This document shows, one piece after another, positions 48,634-58,375 of a stretch of 64,000 nucleotides of DNA. The number at the start of each line of letters is the position of its first letter. Within the stretch, counting starts at the first letter, position 1. This DNA comes from Patescibacteria group bacterium (GTDB taxonomy: Bacteria; Patescibacteriota; Patescibacteriia; Buchananbacterales; UBA6539), in assembly GCA_034003985.1 (NCBI GenBank), contig JAVEXP010000001.1, positions 1,574-65,573 of the forward strand, in the 5' to 3' direction. The notes below the pieces were generated by a model. It worked only from the letters and a program-made list of their open reading frames with translations, had not been told where the DNA came from and did no database searches. The position numbers and the translations under genes were made by a program.

Positions 48634-50094
48634 TTAAAATAATGCTGGTTGAGATTTATAAAATTGAGGATGAACAAAATCTTTCAAAAAACTTTTAGCG
48701 TAGGACTTATATCCTCCGCGATAACTTTTTGAAACTGAATTTATATATTTCTCCATTAAATTTGAATTTAACGCCTCGCATAATTTATAAAGATCATTGT
48801 CATTTTTCGGCTTAACACAATACCCGGCGTAAAAACTTGTTTTTTCGTCTTCAATCACATAAAAGCGGGGCGACAAATTCATTGTGCTGGTTATAATTTT
48901 TTTACCAAAACTTGTTTTAAGTCCTTGGTTTCTTCCAAATGCGTAAAATTCTTCATAATTTTTACCGCCACCCTTATCTCTTGTTTCCAAAATATCTCGT
49001 TTTTGTAGAAAATATTTATATGTTTCAGGATAATTTTTTTGAAAAATATTTTTAGGTATTATTTTTTCGTTTTTGTATGGAAAAATTAGAAATAGGTTTT
49101 GATTTTCTCCTTTGTAAGTTGACGCTTTAATAATTGGAACGCATATGTCCTTTTCAATTTTAAAATGATTAAAATAAAAATATTTTTTATCTTGATTTTC
49201 TGGCGAGAAGATATAAATATCGTCTTTTAGTGTCGCTATGCCATAATGGATATCGGCAATTTCCTGAAGAGTGGAATATCTTTTGTTAAGTTTGATAATT
49301 TTATCTAAATATTTCTCATCAAAAAATTCCCACCTTTCCGATCTCATGTGTTGAGCCGAAATATTTTTATATTCTAAATTGTTAAAATCACTTTTAAAAT
49401 TTTCTGCGTATAAAAAATTGGCAGTTTTTTCATTTTGCAAAAATGTGATTGCTGTATAGGCAGTTACATCTTTAAACACCTGAAAGTGGTCAAAATTTAT
49501 TATTTTTAACAAATACGGAAGCATTAAATTGCGCAAGTTTTTCCCCGCAGCTGAATGGAAATGAGAGTTGGGCGTGATAAAAACGATTTTGCCATTTTTG
49601 TTCAATAATTTTAATGCTTGTTCAAAAAAACAAAAATATAAATCAATTGATCCGCTTGAAGCGGTAATATAATTCTTTTGCAATTGTTCCTTTCTGCCGT
49701 TTAAATTTTGTATACGGACATAAGGAGGATTGCCAATTATGAAATCAAATTTTTCATCAAATTTATGAAAACAAAAATCATCAGCGATTGCGTTATATTT
49801 TTTAATTTTTATTTTTGATAATTTTTGTAAGTTTTGCTTTGTCTTTTTAATATATTTTTCTGATATGTCGGTAAAATAAATATTATCTTCAATTACTTTC
49901 TCTATTTTTTTTCCTGATAATTTTGAAAATTTTTGAGCCGCAATAGTCGCAAAAACCCCTTCGCCACAACCCGCGTCTAATATTTTTTCATCTCCGTTTA
50001 TTTTATGATCCTTAAATACTTCTTTAATCATAAAATCAGCCACCCATTCAGGGGTGAAAACAATGCCATTTTCTTTTTTAACAATTGTGTTCAT
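48634..50094 (-). CDS. N6-adenine DNA methyltransferase, gamma class (Type II/IIG-like), with C-terminal target-recognition domain
   Basis: Motif X FTPEWVADFM, motif I LDAGCGEGVFA, motif IV IIGNPPYVRIQN. Start trimmed to MNTIVKK, because the longer ORF (to 50247) would run through the tRNA-Ser gene. Confidence 0.85.
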   Translation of the reverse strand: MNTIVKKENGIVFTPEWVADFMIKEVFKDHKINGDEKILDAGCGEGVFATIAAQKFSKLSGKKIEKVIEDNIYFTDISEKYIKKTKQNLQKLSKIKIKKYNAIADDFCFHKFDEKFDFIIGNPPYVRIQNLNGRKEQLQKNYITASSGSIDLYFCFFEQALKLLNKNGKIVFITPNSHFHSAAGKNLRNLMLPYLLKIINFDHFQVFKDVTAYTAITFLQNEKTANFLYAENFKSDFNNLEYKNISAQHMRSERWEFFDEKYLDKIIKLNKRYSTLQEIADIHYGIATLKDDIYIFSPENQDKKYFYFNHFKIEKDICVPIIKASTYKGENQNLFLIFPYKNEKIIPKNIFQKNYPETYKYFLQKRDILETRDKGGGKNYEEFYAFGRNQGLKTSFGKKIITSTMNLSPRFYVIEDEKTSFYAGYCVKPKNDNDLYKLCEALNSNLMEKYINSVSKSYRGGYKSYAKSFLKDFVHPQFYKSQPALF

Positions 50095-50181
50095 GTCTAT
50101 ATTATACCAAAAATAGTCAAAAAAGAAAATTTGACAAGAAAAAACCAGCGAATTTACGCTGATTTTTTGAAATGTAAAAAT

Positions 50182-50269
50182 TGGCGGAGAGGGGGGGATT
50201 CGAACCCCCGAACCCTTGCGAGTTACACGCTTTCCAAGCGTGCGCACTAGACCACTATGCGACCTCTCC
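50182..50269 (-). tRNA. tRNA-Ser (anticodon GGA)
   Basis: Reverse complement gives GGAGAGG acceptor, anticodon loop ttGGAaa, long variable arm, T-loop TTCGAAT, encoded CCA. Confidence 0.8.
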
Positions 50270-50294
50270 TTTATTTATATAATTTACAACAGGG

Positions 50295-50381
50295 CGGAGA
50301 GGGTGGGATTCGAACCCACGGAGACATTGCTGCCTCAACGGTTTTCAAGACCGTCACATTCGACCACTCTGTCACCTCTCC
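50295..50381 (-). tRNA. tRNA-Ser (anticodon UGA)
   Basis: Reverse complement gives GGAGAGG acceptor, D-arm, anticodon loop ctTGAaa, long variable arm, T-arm GTGGGTTCGAATCCCAC. No encoded CCA. Confidence 0.8.
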
Positions 50382-50391
50382 GCTCTATTGT

Positions 50392-50481
50392 AAATTGGCG
50401 GCGCGATTTTTGATATTTTACAAAATAAAGATGGGGTAAATACCGGAACAAGACGGTCGCATTCAATCATTTTGTCATCCC
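50392..50481 (-). pseudogene. decayed third tRNA-Ser-like copy (5' half and 3' CGCCGCCA tail recognisable, T-arm lost)
   Basis: Reverse complement GGGATGACAAAATGATTGAATGCGACCGTCTTGTTCCGGT.. is about 70% identical to the 5' half of tRNA-Ser(UGA). No foldable T-arm. Confidence 0.35.
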
Positions 50482-50584
50482 TTTTATTTTGTAGCAATTA
50501 CTATATTATTAAATCAGAAAAATGGCCATAAGTCAATGTTCTTGCCTAAAATAGCTAATCTGAGTAAAATGATAAGGGAAATTT

Positions 50585-52375
50585 ATGTCCAATCAGGTAG
50601 AAGAAATTAAAGTTCGGCTTGATATTGTTGATCTGATTTCGGAATATATCAGGCTTAAACCGGCAGGGCCCAATAACTGGAAGGCCCTGTGTCCTTTTCA
50701 TAATGAAAAATCGCCGTCGTTTATGGTTTCCAAGGACAAGCAAATTTGGCACTGTTTTGGTTGCGGCGAGGGCGGTGATATTTTTAGTTTTGTCCAAAAG
50801 ATGGAAGGTATTGAGTTTGTTGAAGCTTTGAGACTGTTGGCTCAAAAGGCCGGCGTCAGATTGGTTGAACAGGATCCAAAGTTGGCCAGCCAGCGCAATC
50901 TATTGTTGGACATCACCCAGCTGGCCGCTCAACACTGGCATCAATTATTGAAGACCAAACAAGGTACCAAGGCTCAGGATTATTTACGCCAGCGCCAAAT
51001 CAAGGATGAGATGATTGATGAATTCAGGATCGGTTATGCTCCTGATTCCTGGGATAGTACGGCGAAATATCTCAGCAGCAAGGGGTTCAAAGACAAAGAT
51101 ATTTTTTTAGCCGGTTTGTCGGTTAAAAAAGAACGGGGCGAAGGTTTTTATGACCGTTTTCGTCATCGGATAACTTTTCCGATTTTTGACCTGCACGGCA
51201 ATCCGGTCGGGTTTTCGGCGCGAACTTTAAACCCGGAAGAAAAAGGAGCAAAGTATATTAATACCCCCCAAACTTTGATTTATAATAAAAGCCTGGTAAT
51301 TTTTAATTTGGATAAAGCCAAACAAGAAATCAAGAGACAGGATTTGGCGATTTTGGTTGAAGGACAGATGGACGCGTTGGCGGCTTATCAGGCCGGTACC
51401 AAGAATGTGATTGCCACTTCCGGAACGGCTTTGACAATTGAACAAATCCAAATTTTAAAACGCTACACCAAGAATTTGGCAATGGCTTTTGACGCTGATT
51501 CGGCCGGACAGTCGGCCGCCAAGCGGGGAATTGAATTGGCTCTCAATCAGGAGCTTAATGTCAAAGTGATTGTTCTGCCTTCCGGCAAAGATCCGGATGA
51601 ATGTATTAGAACCAATCTCCAGGGCTGGTTTACGGCCGTCAAGGAATCAAAATCAATTATGGAATATTATTTTGATCAGACTTTTGATAATTTGGATTTA
51701 ACCAATGTTGAAAACAAGAAGAAGGCCGCCAAGGTGTTGCTGCCAGTCATTAATAAAATCGCCGATAAAGTGGAACAGACTCATTGGTTGCAGAAGCTGG
51801 CCAATTTAATCAATGTCTCCGAAACTATTTTGCGTGAATCGTTTTTGCCATCGCGCCAGACAGTTAAAACAGCAGCGGCGCCTGGGGTAAAAAATCTCTC
51901 GGCCCAACCAAGCCGGTTGGTCAGGCAACTGGAAACGATTTTGGGGCTAGCCCTTAAATACCCCGGTAATCTGCGGCCAGTAATTGATGAATTGCCCCTT
52001 GAAATGATGGTAGAAGGTGATTTGCAGACCCTTTACAAAAAGTTGATACTTTACTATACTGAAGATATCAAAAGCAATTTTAAAGACTTTGTTTATCAGG
52101 ATTTTAGTGCTAAACTCAACAATGATAATTTAGTGGCTTTGGCTGACCGACTCGTTCTCTTAGTAGAGAAGGATTTTTTTGATTTTGACCCTGATTCCAT
52201 CCGGAGTGAATTGTTAAAAATTATCAAAATGGCCAAAAAGGATTATTATTGGGCTGAGCGCAAGGCTCTGGAAGGTAAAATAAAACAGGCGGAAGCCCAA
52301 GGCTTGGACGATCAAGTCAAACTTTTGTCGGAAAAGTTATCGCAAACTTTGAGCAATCTTAACCTATTAAAATAG
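50585..52375 (+). CDS. dnaG: DNA primase
   Basis: 596 aa. CHC2 zinc finger ([21 protein letters not shown]), TOPRIM domain ([15 protein letters not shown]). Confidence 0.95.
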   Translation: MSNQVEEIKVRLDIVDLISEYIRLKPAGPNNWKALCPFHNEKSPSFMVSKDKQIWHCFGCGEGGDIFSFVQKMEGIEFVEALRLLAQKAGVRLVEQDPKLASQRNLLLDITQLAAQHWHQLLKTKQGTKAQDYLRQRQIKDEMIDEFRIGYAPDSWDSTAKYLSSKGFKDKDIFLAGLSVKKERGEGFYDRFRHRITFPIFDLHGNPVGFSARTLNPEEKGAKYINTPQTLIYNKSLVIFNLDKAKQEIKRQDLAILVEGQMDALAAYQAGTKNVIATSGTALTIEQIQILKRYTKNLAMAFDADSAGQSAAKRGIELALNQELNVKVIVLPSGKDPDECIRTNLQGWFTAVKESKSIMEYYFDQTFDNLDLTNVENKKKAAKVLLPVINKIADKVEQTHWLQKLANLINVSETILRESFLPSRQTVKTAAAPGVKNLSAQPSRLVRQLETILGLALKYPGNLRPVIDELPLEMMVEGDLQTLYKKLILYYTEDIKSNFKDFVYQDFSAKLNNDNLVALADRLVLLVEKDFFDFDPDSIRSELLKIIKMAKKDYYWAERKALEGKIKQAEAQGLDDQVKLLSEKLSQTLSNLNLLK

Positions 52376-52376
52376 T

Positions 52377-53645
52377 ATGGCTAACAAAAAGAAAATATCC
52401 AGTCCAAAAAAAGTTGCCAAAAAAAAGCCCGGAGCCAAAAGAGCTGTTAAGGTTAAGATTAAACCCAAAAAGAAGCCTGAAATTAAACGAAAAATTGCCA
52501 AAAAGCCAACAGCTAAAAAGGAAAGCCATCTAACGGCTAATAAGCGCTTGAAAGTCGAGCCAAACCAGGAGGCGATTGAAAAGCTTGTCAGTAAGGGTCG
52601 GACCAGGACTTTTATTACCGAAACCGAAATCATCTACACTTTTCCGGAAGTGGAGGAATATCTTGATGAGTATGAGTTGTTTTTGTATCGCATTGACCAA
52701 TTGGGGGTTACGATTATTGAATCCGAAACCGGGATTTTGGCTTCGGCAGAAAAGCGGGCGGAAATTTTGGAAAGAGTTGGTTTGACCAGCAAGCAAAAAA
52801 AACGAATTGATATTTCCGATATCTCGGCCGACTCAATTCAGATGTATTTGCGAGAAATCGGTAAAGTCCCGTTGCTTAAACCGGAGGAAGAAATATCCTT
52901 GGCCAAGCGCGCCGAACGGGGAGACAAGGAAGCAAAGCGGCGGCTGATTGAAGCCAACCTGCGGTTGGTTGTTTCCATTGCCAAAAGATTTACGGGCAAA
53001 AGTTTGTCGTTGCTTGATTTGATCCAAGAAGGCAACATCGGTTTATTCAGAGCCGTGGAAAAGTTTGATTATCGCCGGGGGTATAAGTTTTCGACTTATG
53101 CCACTTGGTGGATTAGGCAAGCGATTACCCGGGCGCTGGCCGACCAGTCGCGGACGATCAGAATCCCGGTTCATATGGTTGAAACCATTAATAAATTCAA
53201 ACAGGCCGAGCGGCAGCTGATTCAGGATTTGGGTCGTGAACCATTGCCCGAAGAGATCGCCGCGGAAATGGGTGAGCCACTTGACAAAGTTTTGCATATC
53301 ATTAAAATTAGTCAAGATACTATTTCAATCGAAACTTCGGTTGGTGAGGATGATGAAGACAGCACCTTGGAAGACTTTATTGAAGATGTGAGGACCGTTA
53401 CGCCTGACCGGGCGGCGGCGCTGCAATTGCTGCGTGATTATGTTTCGGATGTGGTTAAGGATTTGACTCCGCGCGAACAAAAGATTTTGGAAATGCGGTT
53501 TGGTTTGAAAGACGGTGTTTCTCACACCTTGGAAGAGGTCGGCCAAGAATTTGATGTTACCCGGGAGCGGATCAGGCAGATTGAAGCCAAGGCCCTGGAA
53601 AAAATTGAAAAACATCATTTGATAGACAAACTTCGCGATTATTAA
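52377..53645 (+). CDS. rpoD: RNA polymerase sigma-70 factor RpoD with Lys-rich N-terminal tail
   Basis: Regions 1.2 ([12 protein letters not shown]), 2 ([13 protein letters not shown]), 3 and 4.2 ([20 protein letters not shown]). The first 60 aa are KKxAKK-type basic low complexity. Confidence 0.95.
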   Translation: MANKKKISSPKKVAKKKPGAKRAVKVKIKPKKKPEIKRKIAKKPTAKKESHLTANKRLKVEPNQEAIEKLVSKGRTRTFITETEIIYTFPEVEEYLDEYELFLYRIDQLGVTIIESETGILASAEKRAEILERVGLTSKQKKRIDISDISADSIQMYLREIGKVPLLKPEEEISLAKRAERGDKEAKRRLIEANLRLVVSIAKRFTGKSLSLLDLIQEGNIGLFRAVEKFDYRRGYKFSTYATWWIRQAITRALADQSRTIRIPVHMVETINKFKQAERQLIQDLGREPLPEEIAAEMGEPLDKVLHIIKISQDTISIETSVGEDDEDSTLEDFIEDVRTVTPDRAAALQLLRDYVSDVVKDLTPREQKILEMRFGLKDGVSHTLEEVGQEFDVTRERIRQIEAKALEKIEKHHLIDKLRDY

Positions 53646-53663
53646 AAATGATGAGTCATCAGC

Positions 53664-53735
53664 TCCGCGGTAGCTCAATGGTAGAGCAGTGGACTGTTAA
53701 TCCATTGGTTGCTGGTTCGAATCCAGCCCGCGGAG
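53664..53735 (+). tRNA. tRNA-Asn (anticodon GUU)
   Basis: Acceptor TCCGCGG/CCGCGGA, D-arm AGCTCAATGGTAGAGC, anticodon loop ctGTTaa, T-arm GCTGGTTCGAATCCAGC. No encoded CCA. The flanks extend the acceptor stem by 10 perfect bp. Confidence 0.8.
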
Positions 53736-53757
53736 CTGATGACTTGTCAATAAAATA

Positions 53758-53792
53758 ATCCCCCTTCGGTCGGGGGGTTATTTTTATTTTAG
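53758..53792 (+). terminator. rho-independent terminator after tRNA-Asn
   Basis: CCCCC-ttcggtc-GGGGG hairpin followed by TTATTTTTATTTT. Confidence 0.6.
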
Positions 53793-53838
53793 GTTATTTG
53801 CGACCTGACTGAAATCCGGAGGTATTTGATCAAGATAT

Positions 53839-54549
53839 TTATTTTTTAAAAACGCAGGTTCGGGATTCAAATTCCGGCAAACCTGATTTTTTGGCTTTGA
53901 CAATGTCGCCGTAGTCAGTAGTTATCAGCCGTTTGGCGCCAAGGCCAAGGCTGGCGATAAGTTTTTTTAAGGCGGCGGGGGATTTAGTTTCAATTTCCAG
54001 ATAATTGCCGATCTGCTCGGGAAATTGATCAAAAGTTATTTCTTCTCCTTGGCTATTGGAATAAATTTCTCGTTTTTTTTCGATGAAAGTTCGATATTGA
54101 TCAAAGCCATAATGAGGGAGCGCTTGTCGGAGCTTTTTAAAATCTTTAAGTAAGTTAATATCTGGCGGCAATGACTGTTTGGTATATTTTTTTAAAATGG
54201 TATTGATTTTTTTAAAAATTAACAAGTCGGGCTGGGAAAGGAAATATTGGAGTTCAAAATTATCTTTGACTCCCTGGGCGCCATTTTTATTTTTTATTTT
54301 TAAGGTTATTAAAATATCATTGTTTTTACTTTTAATCTCTCGAAATCTTAGTAGTAAGCCGTTTTGTCGGCAAAGAAATCCCGGAGTGTCAGGGACAAAA
54401 TCCGCTTCCAGTTGTTTGGTTTTGAATTTGAAATCCAGAGCTTTAACCTTGGCGAGCAGTAGTTTTTTTTCCGTTTTGTCGGTGATTTGATACTTCACCT
54501 CGCATTCCCTGGTTTTTGAGTGCTGATTAATTCTTGACATATTTTTCAA
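53839..54549 (-). CDS. CYTH-domain protein (triphosphate-tunnel metalloenzyme / class IV adenylate cyclase-like)
   Basis: N-terminal ExExK motif (RECEVKYQI) and C-terminal YLEIETK acidic motif, 236 aa. Last gene of a 3-gene minus-strand operon. Confidence 0.55.
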   Translation of the reverse strand: MKNMSRINQHSKTRECEVKYQITDKTEKKLLLAKVKALDFKFKTKQLEADFVPDTPGFLCRQNGLLLRFREIKSKNNDILITLKIKNKNGAQGVKDNFELQYFLSQPDLLIFKKINTILKKYTKQSLPPDINLLKDFKKLRQALPHYGFDQYRTFIEKKREIYSNSQGEEITFDQFPEQIGNYLEIETKSPAALKKLIASLGLGAKRLITTDYGDIVKAKKSGLPEFESRTCVFKK

Positions 54550-56446
54550 TTAGCCCGCGATCAATGCTTAGATGATTTTGCCGGTAAATTGAGGCCGCTT
54601 GTTTTATTGTATCATCTTTTTTGGATATGCGCTTTAAGGCGTCAAGATATTTGGCGATTTCTTGTTTGAATCGCCATCTTTGCCAGGCAGCTTTGTCCTG
54701 CGGAATAAACGAGTCAATCAGTTCAACCAACGGCACACACCAGCCAAGATCCTGGCTGCGCTGATCAACAAGATATTTGACGCCGAGATTCTGGCGATAG
54801 GCCAGCTTGAAAATAAAGAAGTTTAGCAGGGAAATTTTGGTCGCAGTTGGCAATTTACAGCCAGGAATTTGGGCAATAATTTTTTTTTGAATCTTGAGCC
54901 AGTCAGTCTGATTGATGCCTTGACGGGGATCAAGCAATGACAGATATGAATAATATTCATTTAGATCATAAAACTTGAAAAAATTACCGCCAGTGACAAT
55001 GCTCCAATATCCCCGTTCGGTTTTAATGCTGTTTTCAAAAGGGTATAGCCGGTCAGGCTTGATCACGGTAATTTGCGGATGATTGATATGGCGACTTTGA
55101 ATGTCGGAACAGATGGTGACTAATTGCCAGTGTTTTGGGCCGACACCAAAAATTTTCATCAGAACGCTGATGGTAAAGAAGGTTCGGCCCCGGTAAAAAA
55201 CATCGTCAAAAAAAATTATCTTGCTGCTTTTAATGGTTTGATAAAATTCAGTATTTTCAAAAATTATTTTAATAATGTCGTGCCAAGCGGTGGTGAAGCG
55301 GGGTTGATCAATGATGTTGATTGATTGTCGAAACTCGGTGGTTATTTGGCGATCGTCAGCCGGATAAGAAAATGGTGTGGCCACTTTAAAGTTTGCAAAT
55401 AAATTAATCAGACCATTGAGATTTTCGTATTCCAATAAATCATTGATGCTAATACGGGGGTATTGGTTGGCAACTAAGCGGGTTAATTTAAGTCGCTCGT
55501 TGTTGGTCAGTAATTTAATTTTGGTTAAAATGCTAGCCTGCTGGCCGGAAGTTAATTTACTGACTCGTTCGTCGGGAGAAATTAAGGAATTTAGAATCGT
55601 GGAGATTTTTACCTTGCTTAAGCATATCAGTTTAACGGACCTGACTTTAGTCTTGGCTTGTTTGAAAATAGTTTCAATATAACGGTTTCCTCCTTGCACG
55701 ACGAAGATGTTGGCCAGTCGATGTTTTTTGACGAATTGATTCAATGTTTTGACAACTTCGGTCGGACTGATCAGTTTTCCCCGGTGGTTGCTGATAACTT
55801 TGGTTTGGGGCAGGGGTGATGGATTTTGGCGGCTTGGTGAGGCGATAAATTTTTTGTCGGCCAAAATTTTAACCAGGGCGACATCTATTGTTTCCGGCAA
55901 TGCCCGATGGTTTTCAACGAGCAAGTCGCTGAGTCGGAGGGCTTGGTTGATTTCAAACAATTTTTCTTCCGCCATAAACATTGCCATGGGGTTTTTGGTT
56001 TTTTGGTCGATTAGCCTTTGGCGTGACTGAAATCTTTTTAGTCTTTCCGGGATGGTGGCAGTAACCCCGATGATAATGTAGTTGTCAAAAAGCTTTTTGA
56101 TTTCTTTTAACCCCGAAGGGTTTCGTTTGCTGTCGATAATGTATATTTTTTGTTCATCGGCTTGGCGGAGATAGCGATACAAGAGTTTTGTTCCCAGTTG
56201 CCGACCGAATCGTTGGTATAATTTTGCCATCAGCTTAACTAATTCTTGGCGCGAGTATAATTTTTTTGGAATAATCAAACCTTGGGCGATGGCGAAAGGA
56301 ATTTCCAAATCCTTGGTGGTTGATATTTCTTGGTAGGTTAATCCGAGATTTTCCAGGATTTTTTCAAGCTTAAATTTAACGGTACTCTTGCCGCTGGCAA
56401 TCGGACCGGTAAATACGATAATTTTATGTTTAAGCTTTCGCGGCAT
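54527..56446 (-). CDS. multidomain protein: N-terminal P-loop kinase-like domain, C-terminal phosphoribosyltransferase-like motif
   Basis: 639 aa. Walker A IIVFTGPIASGKSTV at the N-terminus. Near the C-terminus IIFFDDVFYRGRTF resembles the type-I PRTase PRPP-binding motif. Overlaps both flanking genes. Confidence 0.5.
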   Translation of the reverse strand: MPRKLKHKIIVFTGPIASGKSTVKFKLEKILENLGLTYQEISTTKDLEIPFAIAQGLIIPKKLYSRQELVKLMAKLYQRFGRQLGTKLLYRYLRQADEQKIYIIDSKRNPSGLKEIKKLFDNYIIIGVTATIPERLKRFQSRQRLIDQKTKNPMAMFMAEEKLFEINQALRLSDLLVENHRALPETIDVALVKILADKKFIASPSRQNPSPLPQTKVISNHRGKLISPTEVVKTLNQFVKKHRLANIFVVQGGNRYIETIFKQAKTKVRSVKLICLSKVKISTILNSLISPDERVSKLTSGQQASILTKIKLLTNNERLKLTRLVANQYPRISINDLLEYENLNGLINLFANFKVATPFSYPADDRQITTEFRQSINIIDQPRFTTAWHDIIKIIFENTEFYQTIKSSKIIFFDDVFYRGRTFFTISVLMKIFGVGPKHWQLVTICSDIQSRHINHPQITVIKPDRLYPFENSIKTERGYWSIVTGGNFFKFYDLNEYYSYLSLLDPRQGINQTDWLKIQKKIIAQIPGCKLPTATKISLLNFFIFKLAYRQNLGVKYLVDQRSQDLGWCVPLVELIDSFIPQDKAAWQRWRFKQEIAKYLDALKRISKKDDTIKQAASIYRQNHLSIDRGLIEKYVKN

Positions 56447-57482
56447 TGAATTGGCGCAAGGTGGCTATTAGTTTGCGGTTGTTGGCTCTGGAATTGACCG
56501 ATATCCTGATAATTCCGGGTAATTTTTTATCATTGGCTAGATGTCTGACCACAATGCCGTTATGTCCCAGGCGACGGTAAAGTCCATCGGCGTGATTGGT
56601 TTTTAGGATGATGAAATTGGCAGCGGTATTTTGAGGGGAAAAGCCGAGTTTCTTTAATTCTTTGAGCAATTCTTCTTTTAATATTTTATTTTCTTTAAGA
56701 TTGCGTTTTAATCCGTTTTTTTGTTCCAGAGCTTGAATGGCGATGGCTTGCGATAGCCGCGAAAGATTGTAAGGATTTCTTTGCTGATTGAGAGCTGTAA
56801 TGATTTTTTCATGGCCGACGGCATAACCAACCCGGATGCCGGCCAAGCCCCAGGCCTTGGAAAAAGTTCTTAGGACCAGCAGGTTGTCGTATTGTTTGAT
56901 ATATTTAATGAGGGATTTTTTTTCACCGGCAAAATCAATGTAGGCTTCGTCGACTACCAATAAGCCGTGGTAGAAATTAAGGATTTCGGCCAGCATGGTT
57001 TTATCAATTAATAGGTTGCCGGTGGGGTTATTCGGAGAACAGATAAATAGGATGTTTGTTTGCGCAATGTTTTTTTGGAGTTCTCGTAAATTGATGCTGA
57101 AGTCAGCTCTCAAATTCAGTTTGTTGATAACGACTTTTTCTCTGCCCGCGGCAATATCGTAAAAAGCGTAACTAGGATTAAAAGTTGTCAGTTGCCGGCC
57201 AGGTTGTCTGAAAGTTTTGATGATTAGTCTGATTATTTCAATACCGCCCGATCCCAAATAAATATTTTCGGTTTTGAGACCCAAGGAGCCGTGGTAGGCA
57301 GCAAGCTTTGATTTTAATTCCTGACCTTCGTCGTCGGGATAAAGGTGGAGATTTTTAAGCCGTCGCCAATCTATTTTTACCCATTGGCGATGGTTTTCGT
57401 TAGCATCAAAGAATAGACCATTTTTGAATTCATGGCGAGCGGTTTGATAATCAAAAGATTTGATTTTACGATTATGCCGCAC
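56430..57482 (-). CDS. class I/II PLP-dependent aminotransferase, HisC/CobD-like
   Basis: 350 aa. SPNNPTGN motif and PLP-lysine region (FSKAWGLAGIRVGY). Confidence 0.8.
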   Translation of the reverse strand: MRHNRKIKSFDYQTARHEFKNGLFFDANENHRQWVKIDWRRLKNLHLYPDDEGQELKSKLAAYHGSLGLKTENIYLGSGGIEIIRLIIKTFRQPGRQLTTFNPSYAFYDIAAGREKVVINKLNLRADFSINLRELQKNIAQTNILFICSPNNPTGNLLIDKTMLAEILNFYHGLLVVDEAYIDFAGEKKSLIKYIKQYDNLLVLRTFSKAWGLAGIRVGYAVGHEKIITALNQQRNPYNLSRLSQAIAIQALEQKNGLKRNLKENKILKEELLKELKKLGFSPQNTAANFIILKTNHADGLYRRLGHNGIVVRHLANDKKLPGIIRISVNSRANNRKLIATLRQFNAAKA

Positions 57483-57576
57483 GAGATGTAAATATTAATC
57501 TTAATTGGATAAATATATCATTTTTTTTGTGATTTATCAAGTCTGGTTTAATTTTTTGCTAGGTATGCTATAATTA

Positions 57577-58374
57577 GTGGTGTTGAGTCAAGCGCTTGGA
57601 AATCGCCGGCGTGATAATACCCCGATGAAGCTGAGTCAAATGACAAAAACTTTTTTATTTTTATTTGGCCTGATAATTGAAGGGCTGTTGTTGGTTTTGA
57701 TTTTGATATTTATGGTTTTGGGACTGTTGGGAATATTTTTGCCGGTTTTGCCGGGGATATTTCTGATTGGGATCGGCGCCGGGATATATTCGCTGTTGTT
57801 GAGAGGTCAATATGGAAAATTTACCCCTGTTATTCATCGCCGGGTTGTTAAGGTTAGGGGCAAAGTTTTAACTTTAAAAATAACCGACAAAACTATGGGG
57901 TTGATTAAAAATTTAAAGGATAAAAAAAAGCGGAGGATCGAAATAGAAATTGTTAAAAACGGCTTGATTCTGCTGGGCTTTAATTTTGCTTTGATTTTGG
58001 GGTTGGTATTCGGGTTTATTATTCTTTCGTTGCTGGGTGAGGTATTGAGCATTAGTTATTTATTGCGGATATTTATTCCCTTGGTGGCGTTGTTCGTTTT
58101 TTCGGCAACCACCGCCGTAATATGGTATCGGTTTGGTCAAATCCTTTCGGAGGTTTTTAAAAAGCAAAGAATTTGGAATGTCACCTTGGTGGTTTTGATT
58201 TCCGTTTTGCCACTGGTACTGATTTTAATTTTATTATCAATTTTATTTAATCTGTTTGATTTGGGTAGTAATCAGTTGGTAGCGGCGACTTTTTTGGGCT
58301 TACTGTTAATGTCACTATTGGCGGCCATCTTTGAGTTGTTGTTGGTTAATTTGGGTGTGATAACCAAAGTTTAG
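57577..58374 (+). CDS. polytopic membrane protein, hypothetical
   Basis: 265 aa. At least 6 hydrophobic helices. A TTTAAT-17-TGcTATAAT promoter-like element lies upstream at about 57548-57575. Confidence 0.5.
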   Translation: MVLSQALGNRRRDNTPMKLSQMTKTFLFLFGLIIEGLLLVLILIFMVLGLLGIFLPVLPGIFLIGIGAGIYSLLLRGQYGKFTPVIHRRVVKVRGKVLTLKITDKTMGLIKNLKDKKKRRIEIEIVKNGLILLGFNFALILGLVFGFIILSLLGEVLSISYLLRIFIPLVALFVFSATTAVIWYRFGQILSEVFKKQRIWNVTLVVLISVLPLVLILILLSILFNLFDLGSNQLVAATFLGLLLMSLLAAIFELLLVNLGVITKV

Positions 58375-58375
58375 C

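Larger units (their letters stand above)
47754..50181. mobile_element. AT-rich genomic islet (about 2.4 kb) carrying a Type II R-M gene pair, inserted next to tRNA-Ser; no integrase present
   Basis: GC falls to about 30% versus about 42% backbone. Bounded by an intact tRNA-Ser(GGA) 3' end on one side and a degenerate tRNA 3'-end repeat on the other. Cargo is a methyltransferase plus a putative endonuclease. Confidence 0.45.

Noticed and set aside
50005-50439. Three short plus-strand ORFs (50005..50250, 50216..50413, 50257..50439) and the N-terminal 51 codons of the long MTase ORF (to 50247)
   Set aside because: They run through the two tRNA-Ser genes. The MTase start was trimmed to the Met at 50094, which follows the tRNA and matches the FTPEW motif-X N-terminus.
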